From Candidatus Omnitrophota bacterium (GTDB lineage: Bacteria > Omnitrophota > Gorgyraeia > Gygaellales > Profunditerraquicolaceae), in assembly GCA_028716705.1 (NCBI GenBank), contig JAQUPI010000003.1, forward strand, positions 7,737 to 71,736: a stretch of DNA of 64,000 bases, written 5' to 3'. Below are positions 56,911 through 64,000 of this stretch, piece by piece (the first letter of the stretch is position 1; the number at the start of each line of letters is the position of its first letter). The notes under the pieces were generated by a model, which made no database searches, was not told the origin of the DNA, and worked only from the letters and a program-made list of their open reading frames with translations. The position numbers and the translations under genes are program-made.

Positions 56911-58194
56911 ATGGGGACGGTTCTATTTTTCAAAAAAAGGAAAAGCGATAAAAATAGAACCGTCCCCTTTCTTTTGGTTCTGGCCTTTATTTTTCTTTGC
57001 TGTTCTTCATGCGCACAGACTAAGAATAAGATTTTTATCCGAAAACTCAAAAACAGCCATTATCAGCTGATCGTCGAAGGTAAGCCTTATATTGTCAAAG
57101 GCGTTTGTTATAATCCCGTCCCTATAGGCCAGAGCCACGATTACCAATGGTGGTCTGACCCGAACAGCCCATGGATAACCGACGGCAAGCTGATGAAGGA
57201 TATGGGAGCCAACACGGTCAGGCTTTACAGGGTCCCCACTGATACCCAGGAAACAAAAAAGGTCATCCGGGACCTCTACCAGCTTTACGGCATCCGCACA
57301 ATACTTGGCCACTGGCTCGGATTCTGGGAATATCCATGCCCGTTCTACGCCGACAAGACATTCCGGGACAGGATAAAAAAAGAAGTTTTAGATATGGTCG
57401 CCCTCTATAAGGATGAACCGGGGGTCCTTATGTGGATCTTGGGAAATGAGAATAATTACTCCTGTTTCGGCAGGGTAAATCCCTGGTCAAGCGATGAGAT
57501 CGACAAAGAGACAGACCTGCAGAAGAAAAATCAGCTGCGCGCCAGGATCTATTATTCTTTCGTAAATGAGCTGGCAAGGGAGATCCACAAGATCGACCCT
57601 CTACACCCGGTCGCGCTCGGCAACGGTGAGCTGGTGGGCCTGGATGTCGCCGGCAAGGTTTCCGGCGACATAGACCTGGTTGCCTGCATTATTTACCGGG
57701 GAAAGACTTTCGGGAACCTCTTTCAGTCCTTAAGGGCGACTTTTGATAAGCCGATACTCCTGTCGGAATTCGGAGCGGATAGCTACGACGCTTATTTGAA
57801 TAAGGAAGACCAGAACATGCAGGCGTTTTTCCTGGAATCGCAGTGGCGCCAAGTATACGAGAACTTAGCCGGTGTTAAAAAAGGCGCCGGCAATTGTATC
57901 GGAGGAACGCTCTTCGAGTGGACCGATGAATGGTGGAAGCATAATGAAAGCTTCGCCAGCGATTGGCAAGTGCACAATACGGAGCCGGGCTGGTCAAGCG
58001 GAAGCTACTACTTTGATATACAGGCCCCCCGCAACATGAACATGAATGAAGAATTTTTCGGGATAACCGCCCTTTCGGAAGAGTTGGAAAACGGGATAAA
58101 TAAGCGCATACCCAAGAAGGGCTATTACGTCATAAGGGAATTTTGGAAAAATCCGGCTCAGGGAACAAAGAAAAATCCGGTGAAGGGGAAATGA
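56911..58194 (+). CDS. 427-aa lipoprotein-like glycoside hydrolase (clan GH-A-like), paralog of the C-terminal half of 53326-55689
   Basis: 'FLLVLAFIFLCCSSC' signal/lipobox-like. 'WILGNENNY', 'LLSEFGADSYD' and 'FEWTDEWWKH'. The start is uncertain because of the overlapping hairpin; TTG at 56974 is an alternative. Confidence 0.65.
   Translation: MGTVLFFKKRKSDKNRTVPFLLVLAFIFLCCSSCAQTKNKIFIRKLKNSHYQLIVEGKPYIVKGVCYNPVPIGQSHDYQWWSDPNSPWITDGKLMKDMGANTVRLYRVPTDTQETKKVIRDLYQLYGIRTILGHWLGFWEYPCPFYADKTFRDRIKKEVLDMVALYKDEPGVLMWILGNENNYSCFGRVNPWSSDEIDKETDLQKKNQLRARIYYSFVNELAREIHKIDPLHPVALGNGELVGLDVAGKVSGDIDLVACIIYRGKTFGNLFQSLRATFDKPILLSEFGADSYDAYLNKEDQNMQAFFLESQWRQVYENLAGVKKGAGNCIGGTLFEWTDEWWKHNESFASDWQVHNTEPGWSSGSYYFDIQAPRNMNMNEEFFGITALSEELENGINKRIPKKGYYVIREFWKNPAQGTKKNPVKGK
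56914..56980 (+). terminator. Perfect 18-bp inverted repeat hairpin with a T-rich tail (a terminator-like structure overlapping the annotated start of the next ORF)
   Basis: GGGGACGGTTCTATTTTT (56914-56931) pairs with AAAAATAGAACCGTCCCC (56951-56968), followed by TTTCTTTTGG. Confidence 0.5.
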
Positions 58195-59807
58195 GAAAAA
58201 TCAAAATAATATCTTTGTTTTTATTATCTTTTATGATTTTAGAATTGCGATGCGCGGATCATGTATCCTTCGCCTTAGATAATAACGCCGTGCTTTCCCT
58301 AAGCAAGCAGATCATTGAGGCAAAGTCCCGGGAGGAGCTTTATCCTTATTTTCAGGAGCTGAAAGAACTGTATTTTAAGGAAAATAGATACTCGGAGCTG
58401 GTGGATTTCTTAAGATCCATCGGCAGCCAGAAGGAACCATCAGCGCCTTTTATTGATTATTACACGGCGTTGGCGCGTTATTCCCAGCTCAAATATCTGG
58501 AAAGCACGCAAAGCTGGGATGAATATTTCAGCAAGGGAAATGATTACCGCGACGACATAACGGCATCCGCCAAAAATGTGATCAAAGCTGCCCCCAATAC
58601 TGAACCTTTGAATATCTATGCGCGCCTTATCCTTTGGCAATTCCATAACGACCAGCAGGATGCCTTCGCCGAATCCAGCCGCGCGGAATTGATGAACGCG
58701 CTTTCGGAGTATTCCGCGAAGGCTTTATACATAAAGCCGATAAAAGACGCGGCTGACGCTTTATTGTCGTACGGAGAAAAGGGCGAATCTTCGCGTTTGT
58801 ATAAAATGTATGTGAGCAAGCTCTTCGTCTCAACCAAGGATCCGGACGAATTGCGGCAGATCGCTTCTGATTTCTATAAAGAAGGGAACCTGGAACTATC
58901 CGAGTCAGTTTATGATACTTACATCGAACAGATCGCAAAGACGTATCCGAAGGAACAGCTTGTGCCTGTTTTGATTAATATTGCCAGGGATTTCGCCTAT
59001 AAAGACGAGGGGATAAACGATCCTTCTTACGCCGAGAAAATATTCAAGAAAATAGGGTCGCAAGGGATGAATGACGCCTTTGATGAGGAATTAAGTTATT
59101 TACGCGCTTTGAACGCGGAAAAAAGCAAAGATTTCCAGGCGGCAAAAGGCCTGTATCTCGATTTGCTGGAACGCTTCCCCCAAACAAAGTACACCGATGA
59201 GGCGCATTTTAAGGTAGCGATCATTTCTTCTTTTATATTGAAGGATCCAAAGACAGGAAAGGATTATTTCCTGATGTTATCGGCCAAGGAAAATTCAAGC
59301 CCGCAGGTTATCGCGAGCTTTTATTACCTGGGCCTGCTTGCGCAGTGGGAGAATGACCCCGAAAAAGCCGTTGAATATTATAATGAGCTTATCGAGAAAT
59401 CCGGCGGCGAATTTCCGGAGACAACTGCCGCGGCCGAAGAGAGGATAAGCGAAATAACCGATTCGGTACCGATGGAATACAACCTGAAGACATTCCTTGA
59501 CCTTTCTTTAAAAACTGAAAGCCCCGCGTTCGAATCGGGCAGGGCAGAATTAACATCTTCTAAGCGCCTGGTAAATAAAGGAGAAGCCGTTGAGATCTCC
59601 TGCGTTCCTTACGGCGTCCAAAGCGGTTGTATGCAGGTGGAAGTCCAGTATCTCTGGTCCGGCGATACCGGCACAGCCAAGCCCGCGCTTGAGGTAGCCA
59701 GTTTTAATACCTCCTATGCGCAACCCGGCATCAAGCTGGTAAGCCTGGTCATAGTCTCTCCCGGAGGCATTCTCGACCGGAGCATAGAAATAATCGATGT
59801 CCGTTAA
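58191..59807 (+). CDS. Secreted TPR-like repeat protein (538 aa from the ATG at 58191; ATGA overlap with the upstream stop)
   Basis: 'MRKIKIISLFLLSFMILELRCA' signal, with helical TPR-like repeats throughout. The ORF track gives an upstream ATG at 58143, but 58191 forms the classic ATGA overlap with the GH gene stop. Confidence 0.6.
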   Translation: MRKIKIISLFLLSFMILELRCADHVSFALDNNAVLSLSKQIIEAKSREELYPYFQELKELYFKENRYSELVDFLRSIGSQKEPSAPFIDYYTALARYSQLKYLESTQSWDEYFSKGNDYRDDITASAKNVIKAAPNTEPLNIYARLILWQFHNDQQDAFAESSRAELMNALSEYSAKALYIKPIKDAADALLSYGEKGESSRLYKMYVSKLFVSTKDPDELRQIASDFYKEGNLELSESVYDTYIEQIAKTYPKEQLVPVLINIARDFAYKDEGINDPSYAEKIFKKIGSQGMNDAFDEELSYLRALNAEKSKDFQAAKGLYLDLLERFPQTKYTDEAHFKVAIISSFILKDPKTGKDYFLMLSAKENSSPQVIASFYYLGLLAQWENDPEKAVEYYNELIEKSGGEFPETTAAAEERISEITDSVPMEYNLKTFLDLSLKTESPAFESGRAELTSSKRLVNKGEAVEISCVPYGVQSGCMQVEVQYLWSGDTGTAKPALEVASFNTSYAQPGIKLVSLVIVSPGGILDRSIEIIDVR

Positions 59808-59828
59808 AAGTTTTACATCCATTAATAC

Positions 59829-59867
59829 TTGACTTATTTTGCTTTTGTTGGTAGTATAAAACCAACA
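59829..59867 (+). promoter_or_regulatory. Promoter (TTGACT - 17 bp - TGgTAGTAT) with an overlapping 7-8-7 palindrome TGTTGGT-N8-ACCAACA that ends at the ATG; candidate autoregulatory operator on a leaderless-like start
   Basis: TTGACT at 59829-59834, TAGTAT at 59852-59857, inverted repeat at 59846-59852 and 59861-59867. No RBS precedes the ATG at 59867. Confidence 0.45.
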
Positions 59868-61102
59868 TGCCCCACGTAGACCTTCAAAGAGAAGAACTCA
59901 CCGAAAAAGAAAGGCGCATTATAGATATTCTAGAGATTCTGCGCCGCCGCGGACCCCTTACCCGCCCCGATATTTCCAAAGAATTAGGCATTAATGTCGT
60001 CACTATCTCCAATTACATCGATGAATTCGTGAAGAATAACCTGGTGTTGGAGAAGGAGTTAGATATATCGGAGGGCGGAAGAAGGCCGGCGCTCCTTGAA
60101 CTTAATCCTCAAGGAGGGTATATTATCGGCGTGGGCTTGAATCTCATGAATATGGTCGGCCTGTTGATGGACCTTAAGGGCAATATCATCACAAAGACGC
60201 AGATCGTCAGGCCGAAACCCTCGGTCAAAGAGATCACCGAATGTTTATTGGAGATCATCCGCGAAATACTCAGGCGTTCAAAGCAATATACTTCAAATAT
60301 CAGGGGCGTGGGCATAGGTATCGCCGGGTTAATCAGTAAAAAAACCGGCTCGATACACTGGCCGCAAAGGCAGAACGGCCGCTATAGTTACGCGTCCGTG
60401 GATATACCCCTGTTAGATCTGATCGAAAGGGAATTTGACCTTCCCGCCCTAGTCGAAAACGACGCTACCTGCGCCTGTTTCGGCGAATACTGGCAGAGCC
60501 TAAAAGGCCAATTCAAGAATATCGTGTATATGTTCTCCGGGGTAGGCTGCGGGATAATCATCAACGGGGACATCTACACGGGCACAAGCGGTTACGCCGG
60601 GGAAGTCTCGATTTATAATTACAAAGAGGACGACCTGCTTAAATGCCCGGAACAAGGCGGATGTTACTTGAAGCGCTGGGAAGCGGACTTGGGGATCGTC
60701 GATGAAATAAAATCGCTGTTGGCTAAAGACGCCTCCGGAGCCGAGAATTTCTTTAAATTGACCTCAAGCAACATAAACAACGTGGATTTAAAGAGCGTAT
60801 TTGCCGCCGCGAAATCAAACGACCCGATCGCCCGCCTGGCCCTGCAAAAAGGAGCCACGCGCCTGGGAATAAGGATAGCCTATATCGTGAATTTATTGAA
60901 TCCGGAAGTGATAATAATAGGCGGGGGCCTGGAAGAAGCAGGGGAAGAATTCCTGAACCGGGTAAGCGCCTCTATCAAAGAGTGGGCCTTCAGGGAAACA
61001 TCTGAGAATTTGAAAATTATTTATTCTCAACTTCGGGAAAACGCCGTGGCCATAGGAGCGGCAAGTTTAGTCACGCAGAAAGTTTTCGCCAGGATATTAT
61101 AA
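59867..61102 (+). CDS. ROK-family transcriptional regulator (NagC/Mlc/XylR-like): N-terminal wHTH plus sugar-kinase-like domain
   Basis: 'ERRIIDILEILRRRGPLTRPDISKELGINVVTISNYIDEF' is a wHTH. It is followed by ROK blocks 'GVGIGIAGLI' and 'ENDATCACFGE', and by Cys/His-rich segments ('CPEQGGCYL'). Confidence 0.75.
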   Translation: MPHVDLQREELTEKERRIIDILEILRRRGPLTRPDISKELGINVVTISNYIDEFVKNNLVLEKELDISEGGRRPALLELNPQGGYIIGVGLNLMNMVGLLMDLKGNIITKTQIVRPKPSVKEITECLLEIIREILRRSKQYTSNIRGVGIGIAGLISKKTGSIHWPQRQNGRYSYASVDIPLLDLIEREFDLPALVENDATCACFGEYWQSLKGQFKNIVYMFSGVGCGIIINGDIYTGTSGYAGEVSIYNYKEDDLLKCPEQGGCYLKRWEADLGIVDEIKSLLAKDASGAENFFKLTSSNINNVDLKSVFAAAKSNDPIARLALQKGATRLGIRIAYIVNLLNPEVIIIGGGLEEAGEEFLNRVSASIKEWAFRETSENLKIIYSQLRENAVAIGAASLVTQKVFARIL

Positions 61103-62055
61103 TGGACCGCAAAGTAAAATTTGTGATCACGATGGCTCTCGGCATAATGCTGGCAATAAGCCTTTTTAACGGCCTGGCGACTTACAACGCGAAAAGGGCG
61201 CTTGAGGTTGAGTTCAGCTCGTTAAAGGTCGAAAATGGAAATTTATCCAAAAAGCTTAATGACATCGCCAGGGACAGGAAACTGCTTGAAGAGCGGGTTA
61301 CTGTTTTAAATAACGATTTAGAAAAGTCATCGCGAGAAACTCAGGATTTGCGTACCCGGTATGATTCGGCGGTAAAAGAAAGAGATGAATTGATTGAAAA
61401 AGCAAAAACCCTGCAAAAGAATTATGACAAATTACGGGCGGACCTGGCCAATGTGACCCGGGAAAAGCAGAAGCTGGGCCAGAAGATGGAAGAAGGCCTG
61501 AATCCCTTAAAAAATGAGAATGTCAAGCTAAAGCAAGAGCTCGCTAATGTAAATAAGATTAAGAGCGGATTGGACGCGGAGTTAAGCAAGCTTAAAGGAG
61601 AAAAGTCCGGTTTGGAGCAGAAGCTGAGCCGCATAGATTCCGTCCTCCAGGAGAAGCTGACAAATTTAAGGTACCTTAGTATCAAAGAGGAGCTGGACGC
61701 CATCGGCGCCGGGACACAAGCCGGTCAGGCGCCTTCCGAACCGCAAGCGCAAAAGGAATCCGTTGAGCTGCCGCCGATAATCGTAAAGCCTCAAACACCG
61801 GCGCAGCCTTTCGAGACAAGTTCGTCAGCTTCGGCGAGGCCCGCCGGCAGCGTCTTGGAAATAAATAAGGCAAATAAATTTGTGATAGTAGATCTGGGCA
61901 GGGACTCCGGCGTAAAGACCGGAGACACATTCAGGGTATTCAGGCACGGTTCTCCCATAGCGATCATTGAAGTCATCCAGGCGCGGCAGGGCATATCCGC
62001 CTGCGACATAAAAGAAGAGAGCCTGCCCGTAGAAACAGGCGATATAGTTAGATAA
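61102..62055 (+). CDS. Membrane-anchored coiled-coil protein with a small C-terminal beta-rich domain
   Basis: TAATG overlap with the ROK stop. N-terminal TM 'FVITMALGIMLAISLF'. Long heptad-rich K/E/L region. C-terminal 'KFVIVDLGRDSGVKTGDTFRVFRHGSPIAIIEVIQ'. Confidence 0.55.
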   Translation: MDRKVKFVITMALGIMLAISLFNGLATYNAKRALEVEFSSLKVENGNLSKKLNDIARDRKLLEERVTVLNNDLEKSSRETQDLRTRYDSAVKERDELIEKAKTLQKNYDKLRADLANVTREKQKLGQKMEEGLNPLKNENVKLKQELANVNKIKSGLDAELSKLKGEKSGLEQKLSRIDSVLQEKLTNLRYLSIKEELDAIGAGTQAGQAPSEPQAQKESVELPPIIVKPQTPAQPFETSSSASARPAGSVLEINKANKFVIVDLGRDSGVKTGDTFRVFRHGSPIAIIEVIQARQGISACDIKEESLPVETGDIVR

Positions 62056-62077
62056 AGTTTCCACGTTTTCATTTTAA

Positions 62078-63103
62078 ATGCGCATTAAAAAAGGGCCTTC
62101 AAAAACTGTTTCTATAAACGACGTTGCCCGCCTTGCAGGGACTTCCATCACCACAGTCTCGCGCGTAATAAATAAAATACCCACGGTAAAGGAAAAGAAC
62201 CGCCTGCGGGTGCTGGATGCGGTAAAACAGCTCAAATTCCAGCCTTCCATCTTCGCGCAGCGTTTGGCTACGGGGAAAAGTAATGTCGTAGCGCTGGTTA
62301 TCCCCCGTTATGAAGGCATTTTTTACTCTTTTTACGCCCTGGAGCTGATCCGCGGCATAGGCACGCTTTGTGAGGCGCTGAAACTGGATTTATTGCTGCA
62401 TCTGGCGGATCCGAAATCCGCGATCAATTTAAAAGGTATCGGCGGGATAATCTTCGCCGATATCATCAGTAACCGCCTGCAGCTTGAGGATGCTTTGGTT
62501 TCCGGAATACCGTCCATAGTCATAAATAATTACGTCGAGGATCTGGAGGTAAGCTGTATCTCCATCGATAATATCGGCGGCGCGTATGAGGCGGTAAATT
62601 ACCTGATCGGCCTGGGCCATAAAAAGATCGCGCACATAACCGGCGACTTGATCACCCAGGCGGCAGCCTGGCGGTTTGAGGGCTATAAGAAAGCGCTGAA
62701 AAAAAATAACATAGAATTACGGCAGGAGTATATATTTAAGACCGACTACTCAAGGGGCCAAGCGCGCCAAGCCGCTGAGAAATTAATTAATATGCCCGAC
62801 AGGCCCACCGCGGTATTTGTCGCCTCCGACTCGATGGCCCTTGAGGTGATGGCGGTGGCGAGGGAATCAGGCCTTAAACTCCCGTCCGAGTTGTCGATCA
62901 TGGGTTTTGACGATAACCCTTCCGGGCTTTACGGCCCGGTAGCCTTGACTACCGTCCGGCAGCCGTTGATAAAGATGGCGGAAGACAGCGTAAAGGAACT
63001 GAACCTTTTAATATCGCGTAAAGATAAAAACGCCAAACCTAAGAGGATTTTGCTTCCGACGGAACTGGTGATCAGGGAATCCTGTCAGCCCCCGGCTCAT
63101 TAG
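62078..63103 (+). CDS. LacI-family transcriptional regulator
   Basis: N-terminal 'VSINDVARLAGTSITTVSRVIN' HTH_LacI, then a periplasmic-binding-protein-like sugar-binding domain of typical length (341 aa). Confidence 0.85.
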   Translation: MRIKKGPSKTVSINDVARLAGTSITTVSRVINKIPTVKEKNRLRVLDAVKQLKFQPSIFAQRLATGKSNVVALVIPRYEGIFYSFYALELIRGIGTLCEALKLDLLLHLADPKSAINLKGIGGIIFADIISNRLQLEDALVSGIPSIVINNYVEDLEVSCISIDNIGGAYEAVNYLIGLGHKKIAHITGDLITQAAAWRFEGYKKALKKNNIELRQEYIFKTDYSRGQARQAAEKLINMPDRPTAVFVASDSMALEVMAVARESGLKLPSELSIMGFDDNPSGLYGPVALTTVRQPLIKMAEDSVKELNLLISRKDKNAKPKRILLPTELVIRESCQPPAH

Positions 63104-63161
63104 TCCTTGCACAAAATATTGTATACAAATAATATTCCAATACCATATATTGTATTTTGTC

Positions 63162-63189
63162 TTGACAAAAAATTTTGAGGTGTTATATT
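63162..63189 (+). promoter_or_regulatory. Promoter TTGACA - 16 bp - TGTTATATT (extended -10) upstream of nrdJ
   Basis: TTGACA at 63162-63167 and TGTTATATT at 63181-63189. Its architecture is very similar to the promoter at 33232. Confidence 0.5.
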
Positions 63190-63240
63190 GATTTTATTAA
63201 CATTTGGCGTAACAGTTTTTCTTTTTAATCCGGAGGACAA

Positions 63241-64000
63241 ATGAAACTCGAGCTTTCAGACAACGCTTTAAAAGTCCTGGAGAGAAGGTATCTGAGCAAG
63301 GATGAAACCGGAAAAGTGACGGAGACACCGGAAGGGATGTTCCGGCGCGTCGCCAAGGCGATCGCGGCAGCGGATAAGTTTTACGGCGGCAAAGACGAGG
63401 AGATTACCGTTTTGGAAGATGCCTTTTACCGGATCATGACCGCGCTCGAATTCATGCCGAATTCGCCTTGCCTGATGAATTCCGGAAAAGAATTGGGACA
63501 GCTTAGCGCCTGCTTCACGCTTCCTATAGACGACTCCATGGATTCCATATTCGAGACGCTTAAAGCGACCGCCATGATACACAAGAGCGGAGGAGGCACA
63601 GGGTTTTCCTTTTCGAGATTGCGCCCCAAAAACGCGGTAGTTAAGACTACCGGAGGAGTGGCTTCCGGGCCGGTTTCCTTCATGAAGGTCTATGACGCCG
63701 CGACCGAGGCCGTGAAACAAGGCGGGACCCGGCGGGGAGCGAATATGGGGATACTGCGGGTGGACCATCCGGATATCATGGAATTCATCACCTGCAAAGA
63801 GAATAATAAGGAGATCACGAATTTCAATATCTCTGTTTCCATAACAGATGAATTCATGAGTAAGCTTGAAAATAATGAAGAATATGATCTCATCGATCCG
63901 CATACGCATGGCCCCGTCCAGCGCCTTAACGCCAAAGAGGTATTCGACCTTATCGTAAAACAGGCGCATAAGAACGGAGAGCCGGGTCTTATTTTTATCG
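63241..64000 (+). CDS. nrdJ: Class II (adenosylcobalamin-dependent) ribonucleotide reductase, N-terminal part (continues beyond the window)
   Basis: RBS GGAGGA. '[14 protein letters not shown]', 'NSPCLMNSG', 'SACFTL', '[16 protein letters not shown]' and '[12 protein letters not shown]' are NrdJ hallmark blocks. Confidence 0.85.
   Translation, partial: MKLELSDNALKVLERRYLSKDETGKVTETPEGMFRRVAKAIAAADKFYGGKDEEITVLEDAFYRIMTALEFMPNSPCLMNSGKELGQLSACFTLPIDDSMDSIFETLKATAMIHKSGGGTGFSFSRLRPKNAVVKTTGGVASGPVSFMKVYDAATEAVKQGGTRRGANMGILRVDHPDIMEFITCKENNKEITNFNISVSITDEFMSKLENNEEYDLIDPHTHGPVQRLNAKEVFDLIVKQAHKNGEPGLIFI

Noticed and set aside
63190-63240. Looked for a cobalamin riboswitch upstream of the B12-dependent nrdJ
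   Set aside because: The leader between the promoter -10 (63189) and the ATG (63241) is only ~50 nt, too short for a B12 riboswitch, and no B12-box-like sequence was seen.
1-64000. Searched for tRNA, rRNA, transposase/integrase genes, terminal inverted repeats and phage genes
   Set aside because: None were found. There are no cloverleaf-compatible 70-90-nt segments in the intergenic regions (all are short), no DDE/tyrosine-recombinase motifs, and every gene is on the same strand with uniform composition.

Overview
The whole window is co-directional, with all credible genes on the + strand. It is dominated by three very large ORFs. (1) One ORF of more than 32.7 kb runs open from position 2 to 32797 (over 10,930 aa) and is truncated at its 5' end by the window edge. 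Recognisable modules occur in one frame throughout: a class-I SAM methyltransferase, a complete cofactor-independent phosphoglycerate mutase (iPGM) domain, mid-protein TM helices, a RelA/SpoT-type HD domain, a protein-L-isoaspartate O-methyltransferase domain, HEAT and TPR repeats, GNAT-like and peptidase-like (CHAT, transglutaminase-like) segments, HTH/winged-helix motifs, a DedA-like C-terminal TM block and a periodic K/I/R-rich tail. (2) A 2500-aa ORF carries an N-terminal signal/anchor followed by phosphofructokinase, class-II fructose-bisphosphate aldolase, GAPDH and a circularly permuted phosphoglycerate kinase, in metabolic pathway order. (3) A 1895-aa ORF carries a signal peptide plus a pyruvate-phosphate-dikinase / PEP-synthase-type enzyme. 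ORFs 2 and 3 share a ~220-aa C-terminal domain of unknown function. Each giant block is followed by a small canonical PilZ (c-di-GMP receptor) gene. Downstream lies a carbohydrate-utilisation locus (sugar ABC transporter, GPH/MFS symporter, two paralogous clan GH-A-like glycoside hydrolases, a tandem-domain secreted protein, a TPR protein, ROK and LacI regulators) and the start of a class II (B12-dependent) ribonucleotide reductase gene. I found no rRNA, tRNA, CRISPR or mobile elements. Giant genes of this size are a known hallmark of Omnitrophota-like lineages, and that taxonomic guess is inference. The fusion of most of glycolysis into signal-peptide-bearing giant proteins is the stand-out, apparently undescribed feature. 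All domain calls are from motif recognition by eye; no database search was possible.
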